Assembly: GCA_963744235.1 (NCBI GenBank)
Contig: CAVUSU010000008.1
Coordinates: 96,277-128,276, forward strand
Reading direction: 5' to 3'
DNA length: 32,000 nucleotides
Origin: an uncultured Acidobacteriota bacterium
GTDB lineage: Bacteria; Acidobacteriota; Terriglobia; Acidiferrales; UBA7541
Numbering within the stretch: the first letter of the stretch is position 1; every line of letters starts with the position of its first letter. The position numbers were made by a program, and so were the translations under genes. Below the pieces are notes generated by a model. That model was not told where the DNA came from, did no database searches, and saw nothing but the letters and a program-made list of their open reading frames with translations. Of the stretch, positions 16,783 through 25,702 are shown piece after piece.

Positions 16783-19700
16783 ATGATTCATCGGATCGTC
16801 CAGTTTTCACTCAACCAGCGGTTTTTGATCATGATGCTCACCGTGTTCATCGCGGTGGCGGGAGTCGTCTCGTTTCAGCGCATGCCGGTGGACGCTTATC
16901 CCGACCTTTCGCCGCCACGCGTGGAAATCATCACGCAGTGGCCGGGGCATGCGGCGGAGGAAGTGGAGCGGTTGGTGACCCTGCCGACCGAAGTGGAAAT
17001 GAACGGCGTGCCGAAGATGGAGATCCAGCGATCGATTTCGCTCTACGGCCTTTCGGACGTCATCCTGACCTTCGATGAGGACACCGATGATTATTTCGGG
17101 CGACAGGTGGTATTTCAACGGCTGAGCGAAGTGACGTATCCAACCGGCGTTACTCCAGGGCTGGCCCCACTATCGAGTCCTTCGGGGCTGGTCTACCGGT
17201 ACGTGCTGCAGAGCCCGGACCGCACGCCGCAGGAGTTGAAGACCTATGAAGATTGGGTGATCGAGCGCCAGTACAAGCAGGTACGCGGCGTGGCGGATGA
17301 CTCAGGGTTCGGCGGCACCGTAATGCAATACCAGGTGCTGCTCGATCCGGCGAAGTTGTACGGCTATCACATCACCGTGCCGCAGGTGCTGAACCAGCTC
17401 TCCGTGAACAACGCGAACACAGGCGGAGGATTCTACTCTCAAGGGGGGCAGTTTTATTACGTGAGAGGGCTCGGTCTCATCCGAGACGAGGCTGACGTAG
17501 GGAACATCATCGTGGGCACGCAGAACGGCGTGCCGGTGCGCGTGCGCGACATTGGTGAAGTGGCGATTGGCCACGCGCCCCGCCTGGGGGAATTCGGATT
17601 CAACAAAACGGATGACGCAGTGGAAGGCGTCATCATGATGCTGCGCGGCGAGCAAACGCAGAACGTGCTGCAGGGCGTCGAGGCGAAAACGAAGGATCTG
17701 AACGAGCATGTCCTTCCGCCCGACGTGAAAGTGGTGCCTTTCTACGACCGCAGCGACCTGGTGCGGCTGACGACGGACACGGTCGAGGCAAACCTGCTGC
17801 GCGGCATGGCGCTCGTACTGATTGTGCTGATCTTTTTTCTCGTGAGCTTCCGAGCGGCGGTGATCGTGGCGTTGACGATTCCGCTGGCCCTGCTCTTTTC
17901 GTTCATCTTCCTGCACGCGCGCGGCGTAGCCGCGAACCTGCTTTCGATCGGAGCCATCGATTTCGGGATCATCATCGACGGTACGTTGGTGATGGTGGAA
18001 AACATTTACCGTGAGCTCGGGCTGCGCGAGGGAAAGGAATACAACCTCCACGAAGTGATCCTGCAGGCGGCAAAGGATGTCGATCGGCCGATTTTCTATT
18101 CCGTGGCCGTCATCATCGCCGGTTACATCCCGATTTATGCGCTCAGCGGTCCGGCGGGCAAACTGTTTCATCCGATGGCGGACACGATGTCGATCGCGCT
18201 CGTCGGAGCTTTAATCCTGACCCTGACATTCGTGCCGGTGATGTGCTCAGCCTGGTTCCGGAAGGGCGTGCACGAGGCCAGGAACAAACCTTTCGAATGG
18301 CTGAAGAAAACGTATGGGGGGCAGTTGACCTGGTGCCTCGACCGCCCGAAAACGACGCTGATTGTAGCGACGCTGATTTTTGTCCTTACGCTGTTGCTCA
18401 TCCCGTTCATCGGCGGGGAATTCATGCCGCACCTCGACGAAGGCGCCATCTGGGTCCGCGCCACGATGCCCTATACGATTTCTTACGAGGAGGCCGCGAA
18501 GTTCAGCCCTCAGGTGCGCAACATCCTGATGAAATATCCGATGGTCACCGACGTCGGCTCGGAGCTGGGCCGCCCGGACGACGGCACCGACCCGACCGGG
18601 TTCTTCAACGACGAGTTTTACGTCGGCCTGAAACCGTACGGCGATTCTTCCTGGACGCAGAGCTCGATTCACAACAAAGCCGAGCTGACTGCGGACCTCC
18701 AGAAAAAGCTCGAGACGTTTCCTGGAGTGATCTTCAACTACACGCAACCGGCGGAAGACGCTGTGGACGAAGCGCTCACCGGGCTCAAAAGCGCGCTGGC
18801 CGTGAAAGTTTACGGCCAAGATCTGAATGTTCTTCAGCAGACGGCGCTCGAGATCAAGCGGCGTCTCTCCCAGGTACCCGGATTCACCGAACTGACCGTG
18901 GTCCGTGAGCTGGGCCAGCCGAGCCTGTTGGTTGACGTCGACCGAGACAAGATCGCGCGCTACGGCATCAACGTGGCCGACGTCGAAGCCATCGTGCAGG
19001 CAGCCGTAGGAGGGCAGGCAGCGACGCAGGTGATTCAGGGCGAGAAACTGTTCGATCTCGTTGTGCGGATGAAGCCGGAATTCCGCGAAGGCGCCCAGCA
19101 GATTGGAAGCCTGCTTGTCGGCACGCCCTCGGGCCAACAGATTCCTTTGAGTGAGCTTGCGAATATCCGCGAGGCGAGCGGCGCTTCGTTCATCTACCGC
19201 GAGAACAATTCGCGCTACATCGGCGTGCAATACAGCATCGAGGGGCGCGACCTTTCCAGCGCCGTCCAGGACGGCCAGCGCGCCATCGCGGACGTGGCAA
19301 AATCTCTGCCCGCTGGTTACTCGCTGGCCTGGGGCGGCGAATATAGCGAATTCCTGGAAGCCGAACACCAGATGGCAATCATCGGGCCGCTCGCGATGCT
19401 GCTGATCTTTATGATTCTCTTCGCGCTCTACGGAAACTTCAAATTCCCGGTTACGATCGCGCTCGGCGTCGTGATGACGGAGCCGGTCGGCGCGCTGATC
19501 GCGCTCAAGTTGACGCATACTCCCTTCAGCGTTTCTTCCGTGCTGGGACTGCTGGCCTTGCTCGGTGTCTCTGTGGAAACGGCCGTCATTCTGGTTTCGT
19601 TCATCAATAAGCTGCGGCTGGAGGGAAAGGATATCCGCACCGCCACGCGCGATGCTTCCTTGCTGCGGCTGCGTCCCATCATGATGACGGCGCTGGTGGC

Positions 19701-19872
19701 ATGCCTCGGCTTGCTGCCGGCCGCGCTTTCCACCGGCATCGGGTCCGATACGCAGAAGCCGTTTGCGATCGTGATCGTGGCGGGACTCCTTTCGCGGCTT
19801 CTCCTGGGCTTCTTCGTCAACCCGGTGCTGTATGAGATGGTCGCTCGCGAAGGAGACGTATTGCAGGTGTGA
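16783..19872 (+). CDS. czcA: Heavy-metal efflux RND transporter (CzcA/CusA family)
   Basis: 1029-aa intact ORF with RND architecture. TM4 reads AIDFGIIIDGTLVMVEN (DFG-DGx-VEN, the pattern I associate with divalent-cation HME-RND pumps). Confidence 0.92.
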   Translation: MIHRIVQFSLNQRFLIMMLTVFIAVAGVVSFQRMPVDAYPDLSPPRVEIITQWPGHAAEEVERLVTLPTEVEMNGVPKMEIQRSISLYGLSDVILTFDEDTDDYFGRQVVFQRLSEVTYPTGVTPGLAPLSSPSGLVYRYVLQSPDRTPQELKTYEDWVIERQYKQVRGVADDSGFGGTVMQYQVLLDPAKLYGYHITVPQVLNQLSVNNANTGGGFYSQGGQFYYVRGLGLIRDEADVGNIIVGTQNGVPVRVRDIGEVAIGHAPRLGEFGFNKTDDAVEGVIMMLRGEQTQNVLQGVEAKTKDLNEHVLPPDVKVVPFYDRSDLVRLTTDTVEANLLRGMALVLIVLIFFLVSFRAAVIVALTIPLALLFSFIFLHARGVAANLLSIGAIDFGIIIDGTLVMVENIYRELGLREGKEYNLHEVILQAAKDVDRPIFYSVAVIIAGYIPIYALSGPAGKLFHPMADTMSIALVGALILTLTFVPVMCSAWFRKGVHEARNKPFEWLKKTYGGQLTWCLDRPKTTLIVATLIFVLTLLLIPFIGGEFMPHLDEGAIWVRATMPYTISYEEAAKFSPQVRNILMKYPMVTDVGSELGRPDDGTDPTGFFNDEFYVGLKPYGDSSWTQSSIHNKAELTADLQKKLETFPGVIFNYTQPAEDAVDEALTGLKSALAVKVYGQDLNVLQQTALEIKRRLSQVPGFTELTVVRELGQPSLLVDVDRDKIARYGINVADVEAIVQAAVGGQAATQVIQGEKLFDLVVRMKPEFREGAQQIGSLLVGTPSGQQIPLSELANIREASGASFIYRENNSRYIGVQYSIEGRDLSSAVQDGQRAIADVAKSLPAGYSLAWGGEYSEFLEAEHQMAIIGPLAMLLIFMILFALYGNFKFPVTIALGVVMTEPVGALIALKLTHTPFSVSSVLGLLALLGVSVETAVILVSFINKLRLEGKDIRTATRDASLLRLRPIMMTALVACLGLLPAALSTGIGSDTQKPFAIVIVAGLLSRLLLGFFVNPVLYEMVAREGDVLQV

Positions 19873-19897
19873 CGACGAGAGCTTGAGTCCCCTCCGG

Positions 19898-21826
19898 CTA
19901 GAACTTTGCAGTCGCAGACGCCGAGGGAAGAAGCCGCGCAGAATTGAGGATAAACGCAAGCTCCGAGCTCACGTGAATGGAAGCTGCAAGCAGAGGATTC
20001 AGGAATCCGGCTGCCGCGAGACAAATCCCGATCGCATCGACAACCAGCGTGCCGCTGAAATTCTGATATATGATTCCGCGGCAGCGCCGCGCGATTTTTA
20101 GAGCCTCGACAAACTTCGTTAGGTCATTGCCAATCAGGACGATGTCGGCGCTCTCGCGAGCCACATCAGTCCCTGACCCCATTGCGACTCCGACGCTCGC
20201 CTGCAACAACGCCGGTGCGTCGTTGACGCCGTCGCCAATCATTGCGACGATGTGCCCTTCGGCGATAAGGCCTTTCACGCGTTCCAACTTCTGAGCCGGC
20301 AGCAGGTCAGCCGCCACCTCATCCACTCCCAATCCCTGGCCGACCGGCTCGGCAACCGCACGAGAGTCGCCCGTCACTAAGATCGTTCGAAGCCCCATCG
20401 ATTTTAGCGCCGTGATCGCGTCTCGGGATTCAGGTCTAAGCGTGTCTCCGATGCGAATCGTGCCGAGGAAATGCCCTGCCTTCGAAATGCCCACCTCGCC
20501 GCTGGACCCGTTCGAGTTCCATGCCGAGATTGTGATCCCCTGCTCTTCGAACAGCAGGTGATTGCCGATTACGATCATTTCGCCGCCGTCTTTGGCTACG
20601 ATGCCCTTCCCGGGCCTGTAGTCGAAGGTTTCCGGCGTTCGGCTGGCAATGCCAAGCTCGCGCGAACGATCGCGAATCGCCTTCGCAACCGGATGCTCGG
20701 AGCAGGACTCGGCAATGGCGGCTGTGTCGAGCAATATCTCAGAGCTAACACCGGGCACGGGGAGAATCTCGACGATCTCCGGCGTTCCGAAGCTCAAGGT
20801 TCCCGTCTTGTCGAGAAGAACCGTGTCTACGCGAGCTAGCGATTCGAGATGCCGGCCGCCTTTGATGATCACCCCTTGCCGCGCGGCTCGGCCGATTCCG
20901 CCCAAAATAGCTAGCGGAGTTCCCGCAGCAATTCCGCACGCGCCAGCGACGATGACCACCGAAATCGTCGAGCGCACATTGCGCGTGATCAAGAACGTCA
21001 TGGCCGCCGACGACAACGCGAAATATACGAGGTAGCCTGCCAGACGGTCGGCCAGCTTCTGAATGGGCGCGCGCGAGCGTTCGGCGCGTTCTACTTCCTC
21101 GATGATTTTTCCGTAGGTCGTGTCGCGCCCGAGTCGTTCGACGCGAATCTCGAGTGCTCCCATCTGATTCATCGTGCCGGCATACACAGTGGCGCCCGCA
21201 AGTTTTTCAGCGGGCAAAGATTCGCCGGTAATCGCGGCTTGATCGACAAAGGAATTGCCCGCAACTACCCTGCCATCCACAGGAATTCTGCTTCCCGGCC
21301 GCACGAGAACGACATTGCCGGCGCGAACCTGATCGATGGGCACATCCTGCCAGCCGTTGGGCTTTTGAACTGTAGCCGTATTCGGAAGCAGATGCAGGAG
21401 CCCTTGAATCGCCCGGCGCCCGCGTCCAACGGTGAGGTGTTCGAGAATCTCCGCGACGAGGACAAACAAAGTGATCACGAGCGCTGTGAAGATTTCCCGA
21501 ATGGCAAGAGCGGCGACGACGGCAATGGCCATCGACAGCTCCATTGTCATTCGGCGCTGGACGATGTTTTCGTACGCTTCGGCAAAGATCGGAAACGCAC
21601 CGATAGCAGTGCAAACCACGCCGAGCGCAATGATGTAAGGATTCGGGGTGCCTCGCAGAAACCAAATAGCGCCAGCAGCAGCCGCTACGAAAAGAACCCG
21701 GTTAAGGTCACGCCAGTTGAGCGGATTCGAGTGCTCGTGTACGTGGTCTTCCAAACCCTCGGGCTCGCTTTCCCGCTTGCGCTCGATTGGCGATTGCGAG
21801 TGAGGCCTTCCTACGGTATTGGACAC
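19898..21826 (-). CDS. P1B-type heavy-metal translocating ATPase, no N-terminal HMA domain, atypical TM4 motif
   Basis: 642 aa, GTG start at 21826. ITGES (actuator), DKTGT (aa 339-343) and GDGVNDAP hinge are present. The N-terminus has only a short His-rich patch (DHVHEH). VAGACGIAAGTP sits where CPC/SPC is expected. Confidence 0.88.
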   Translation of the reverse strand: MSNTVGRPHSQSPIERKRESEPEGLEDHVHEHSNPLNWRDLNRVLFVAAAAGAIWFLRGTPNPYIIALGVVCTAIGAFPIFAEAYENIVQRRMTMELSMAIAVVAALAIREIFTALVITLFVLVAEILEHLTVGRGRRAIQGLLHLLPNTATVQKPNGWQDVPIDQVRAGNVVLVRPGSRIPVDGRVVAGNSFVDQAAITGESLPAEKLAGATVYAGTMNQMGALEIRVERLGRDTTYGKIIEEVERAERSRAPIQKLADRLAGYLVYFALSSAAMTFLITRNVRSTISVVIVAGACGIAAGTPLAILGGIGRAARQGVIIKGGRHLESLARVDTVLLDKTGTLSFGTPEIVEILPVPGVSSEILLDTAAIAESCSEHPVAKAIRDRSRELGIASRTPETFDYRPGKGIVAKDGGEMIVIGNHLLFEEQGITISAWNSNGSSGEVGISKAGHFLGTIRIGDTLRPESRDAITALKSMGLRTILVTGDSRAVAEPVGQGLGVDEVAADLLPAQKLERVKGLIAEGHIVAMIGDGVNDAPALLQASVGVAMGSGTDVARESADIVLIGNDLTKFVEALKIARRCRGIIYQNFSGTLVVDAIGICLAAAGFLNPLLAASIHVSSELAFILNSARLLPSASATAKF

Positions 21827-21868
21827 GGCAGAGTCACCATCGCCAACCGAGCGCGATGGCCCGGCAGG

Positions 21869-22147
21869 CTATTTCAGATAGGTCCTCACAACGTCGATCA
21901 GTTCTTCCGCGGCTTCGGCTTCCGGCGAGCTCGCTTTGGTTTCCGGAGACAGGACGTGGAAACGAACGTGGCCCTCGATCACTTCCGCCATCAAGCCATT
22001 CAGTGCGCCGCGACAAGCAGCCATCAGTTGGAGAACCGAGGCGCATTCAGCTTCGTCGGTCAGCGCTCGCTCCAGGGCGTCGATCTGGCCGCGAATCTTC
22101 CGAACTCGAAGCAACAGTTTTTCCTGGTCGCGCTTTGTGTGTGCCAT
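21869..22147 (-). CDS. CsoR/RcnR-family metal-responsive transcriptional repressor (RcnR-type fingerprint)
   Basis: 92 aa, MAHTKRDQEKLLLRVRKIRGQIDALERAL... His3, Cys35, His60 and His64 were counted directly in the translation. SD GGAGG at 22158-22154. The stop lies 42 nt upstream of the ATPase start on the same strand. Confidence 0.85.
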   Translation of the reverse strand: MAHTKRDQEKLLLRVRKIRGQIDALERALTDEAECASVLQLMAACRGALNGLMAEVIEGHVRFHVLSPETKASSPEAEAAEELIDVVRTYLK

Positions 22148-22161
22148 CCTCGACCTCCATT

Positions 22162-22180
22162 TATACTATAGGGTAGTATA
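22162..22180. promoter_or_regulatory. Candidate RcnR-type operator: TATACTA-TAGGG-TAGTATA (contains TACT-N7-AGTA)
   Basis: Perfect 7-bp inverted arms at 22162-22168 and 22174-22180 with a G-tract spacer, 4 nt upstream of the regulator's SD. Geometry equals the E. coli RcnR site TACT-G6-N-AGTA (from memory). Confidence 0.55.
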
Positions 22181-22290
22181 GTAGTTCAAATCTCTTGTGG
22201 CCATTTCTAGACCGGCCAACAAGTCAACGGAAACGATTGCCCCCGTAGCCGCGTCTAAGTACCATACCTAGGGGGGTGTCCGTAACACCC

Positions 22291-22572
22291 ATGTCGCACC
22301 GCAGAACACATCGAGTGTTGGCCGCGCTTCTGGCGGGCTTCCTGCTCCTGTTTGCGTTTCAGGTTGCGACGCACACTCACGGCAATTCCGTCGGCGACGA
22401 TCATTGCCGGCTTTGCCATTTTTCGCACTCGGTGTCGCTCGACACTTCTGCTGCACCGGTTCTGGCCGCGCCGGCTGCCGTTGCCCGGTTGACGCTACCG
22501 GTTTCAACCGACCCCGCGATTGAGCTTCAATTTCACCAGCTCTCTTCCCGCGCACCTCCTGCATCGCTTTAA
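22291..22572 (+). CDS. Small membrane-anchored His-cluster/CxxCH protein (copy 2), upstream of the TonB-dependent receptor
   Basis: 93 aa from ATG 22291 (the ORF is also open from GTG 22276): MSHRRTHRVLAALLAGFLLLFAFQVATHTHGNSVGDDHCRLCHFSHS...SSRAPPASL. Same architecture as ORF 13949-14191. Ends 121 nt before ATG 22694. Confidence 0.6.
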   Translation: MSHRRTHRVLAALLAGFLLLFAFQVATHTHGNSVGDDHCRLCHFSHSVSLDTSAAPVLAAPAAVARLTLPVSTDPAIELQFHQLSSRAPPASL

Positions 22573-22693
22573 TCTTCGACTCGCGCTGTCTCCCAACTCC
22601 CGCCTCACAAAGTGAGGGCGGAGCCCAATCCATTTTCTAACCGGCACCGGCGCCGAAAACGCCCGGAGCACACTTAAATTGGGAGAGTGATTC

Positions 22694-25493
22694 ATGAAAC
22701 GCTTCGGCTTAATTATTCAGGGCTTTCTATTGGTGGTTTGCCTGCTGGTTGCCGGATCGCCCGCCAAGGCACAGACGGGAAACGCCGGCACAATTTCCGG
22801 AACGGTCACCGACCCGTCGGGCGGCGTGGTCGCGAACGCCACAGTCACCATTCACAACCCAGTCAGCCAGTATGAGCGCTCGGTAGCAACGGACAGCGCG
22901 GGAAATTTCAGTTTCCCGAATATTCCGTTCAATCCTTACCACCTGTCGGTATCCGTTACCGGATTTGCTCCTCATGCCGAGGATGTGGACGTTCGATCCG
23001 GCGTCCCGATCACTCTTAAGGTTGTGTTGAAACTGGCCGGTTCAGCCAGCACGGTTACGGTGGAAAGCGGAGGCGATCTGATCGAGAACGACTCAACCGC
23101 GCACACCGACATCGACAAAGCCATCGTCGACCGGCTGCCGCTTGAAAGCCCTTCGTCTTCCCTGAGCTCGCTCGTGACGCTCTCTAGTCCCGGCATTGCC
23201 GCAGACTCGAACGGACTCTTCCACGGACTCGGCGATCACGCCGAAAATTCATTCTCGGTTGACGGCCAGCCCATCACCGACCAACAGAGCAAAGTCTTCT
23301 CGAACCAGATTCCTGTCGATTCGGTTCAGTCCCTGGAGGTCATCGACGGCGCGCCGCCCGCGGAGTTTGGCGGCAAAACCAGCGTGGTCATCGTGGCGAC
23401 GACGCGGTCCGGTCTAGGAGAGACCGCGCCGCATGGCACCGTGACCGCCGACTATGGCACCTTCGGCACGTCGAACGTGGGTTTCGATCTAGCTTATGGC
23501 GGCCAGAAGTGGGGGAACTTCATCTCCTTAAGCGGATTGAACACCGGCCGGTTCCTCGATCCTCCCGAGTTCGTCGTGCTGCATGACCGGGGCAACGAAG
23601 AGAACTTCTTCGACCGCTTTGACCTCAAGCTTTCAGATATGGACACAATCCAGTGGAACTTGGAATCCACACGTTCTTGGTTCCAAACTCCCAATAGCTT
23701 CGACCAGCAACTCCAAACCTGCACGGTTTTGTCCGCAGAGTGCTTGAATGGCGACGCACCATATACCCCGGGTGCCGTTGTGGTTGTCCCGAACACCAAC
23801 ACTCCCCTGGGCCCCACCGATCAGCGCTCGCAAATCAGAACTTTCAACGTTGCGCCCACGTGGACCCGGCTCGTGAACTCGGATAGCGTGCTCACACTCG
23901 GCGCCTTCGTGCGGCACGACCAATATAACTATTACCCGAGCAACAATTTCTTCGACGACCTGGGCGCACTTCAGGATGAAACCGTTTCCCAGCTTCGCTT
24001 CCTGACGAACGCAGGTGTTCGCGGAGCCTGGTCGTACGTCAAGGGGATTCACAACATCAAGGTGGGAACTACCTACGAACAGACGTTCCTTACCGAGAGC
24101 GACCGGTTTGGAATCGTGAATCCCGCACTGCTCTCAGGAGCCGTCTGCCCGGATCCGACTAACCCCAAATGCACTCTCATACCATACGATTTGACCACTG
24201 GCGGGCAGCTCTACCACTACCGCCAGCACACCGACGTCAAAGAGCTTGCTCTCTATATACAGGACACCATCACCAAGGGATCTTGGACCTTCAATATCGG
24301 GATTCGCGGAGACCTCTATAACGGCCTTGATGCCATCTCCCGGCAGCCGGAGCCCCGCCTCGGCGTCGCCTACAACATCAAGCCAACAAACACCGTGCTC
24401 CGCGTTTCTTACGGTCGCACGATGGAAAGCCCGTTCAACGAGAACTTGATCCTTTCCGGCACCGGATGCGCCGACCCCGTAGTCAACGCGATCATGACCA
24501 TCGCCCAGGGCTTTGCCTGCAATTTCGGTACGGCGATCTCGGCGTTAGCTCCCGGCTTTCGCAATGAATTTCACGCCGGCCTCGAGCAAGCCTTCGGCAA
24601 ACACTTCGTCCTCAGCGGCGATTACATCTGGAAGTACACGCATAATGGCTACGACTTCAACGTTTTCGGTACCAGCCCCATTTTCCTTCCGATCGAATGG
24701 CACAACTCCAAGATTCCGGGCTTTGCCGTTCGCGGCAGCGTTCCGGATTTTCACGGCTTCACGGCGTTTATCGTGCTGTCGCACGTCGCCGCACGCTTCT
24801 TCCCGCCGGCAGTCGGCGGAATCACGCCTCCTCCGCCACCGGCTGTATTCCGCATCGACCACGACGAGGTGTTCAACCAGACCACCCACCTGCAATACCA
24901 GCCGTTCAAGCGCGCGCCGTGGATCGGGTTCAATTGGCGGTACGACAGCGGACTCGTAAGCGGCTTTGTGCCCTGCGAGGCCCAAACCGCAACCTGCTCG
25001 TTCTCGACGTCGAGTAATGATCCCGGGGTAGGGGGTGCGCCGCCGGTCGGACTAGCCAACATCCCAGCGGGTGACATAGCCTTGGTGAATAACCTCAACG
25101 GATTGCCTCTTACTGCCGATCAGGAGTTCGAGTCAGGTCTCACCTGTAACGGGGTCGGCGCGACGCCGACGACACCCATACCCACCGGGCCAGCTGTAAA
25201 CGGGTTTTTCGTATGCCCCGCGTCCCAGCTCCATTCCAACTTGGTGAAAATACCCGCGCCAAACTCCGAGAACGACGACCACAATCCGCAGCGCATCCAG
25301 CCGCGGAATTTGTTCGACGTATCCGTCGGTCACGACAATCTTGTTCAACGGCGACCGCTACAAGTGGAGCGTTCGCTTCACCGCCATCAACATCACCAAC
25401 AAAACCGCTCTGTACAACTTCCTCTCGACGTTCAGCGGCACGCACTACGTCACTCCCCGCGCCTTGACCGCCGAGCTCGGCTTCCACTTCTAA
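22694..25493 (+). pseudogene. TonB-dependent receptor-like outer membrane protein with CarboxypepD_reg N-terminal domain; one apparent 1-nt insertion at 25343
   Basis: Signal peptide MKRFGLIIQGFLLVVCLLVAGSPAKAQ, then a CarboxypepD_reg-like domain (GTISGTVTDPSGGVVANATVTIHN..DSAGNFSFPNIPFNPYHLSVSVTGF), plug and barrel. After ..VGHDNL the annotated frame becomes R/H/Q junk to 25609. The +1 frame reads FNGDRYKWSVRFTAINITNKTALYNFLSTFSGTHYVTPRALTAELGFHF* (terminal aromatic strand) and stops at 25491-25493. Confidence 0.85.
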
Positions 25494-25513
25494 CACCTTA
25501 TTCAAGCACAGCA

Positions 25514-25555
25514 CACCGAGACTCCTTCCGACATGGAGTCTCGGTGCGATTTTTC
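25514..25555 (+). terminator. Rho-independent terminator after the TonB receptor gene
   Basis: Perfect 12-bp stem CACCGAGACTCC (25514-25525) / GGAGTCTCGGTG (25535-25546), 9-nt loop, then CGATTTTTCC. It starts 21 nt after the corrected stop. Confidence 0.75.
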
Positions 25556-25702
25556 CTCACCGTGCGAACTCATCTCTTCACGGCCCGAAACGGCGCCGTT
25601 TCTTGTTAGCACTCGGGAACCCGCAATCGCCAATTTGGACGTAGACGCGAACACCCATTGGCTCTATACGAAGAAGGTACTTTTGCAGGGCGGGAGGCGG
25701 CC

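Noticed and set aside
25494-25609. The last ~39 codons of the 971-aa ORF as a genuine C-terminus of the TonB receptor.
   Set aside because: Out-of-frame composition. It contains the strong rho-independent terminator. The +1 frame provides a canonical terminal strand ending in Phe at 25493.
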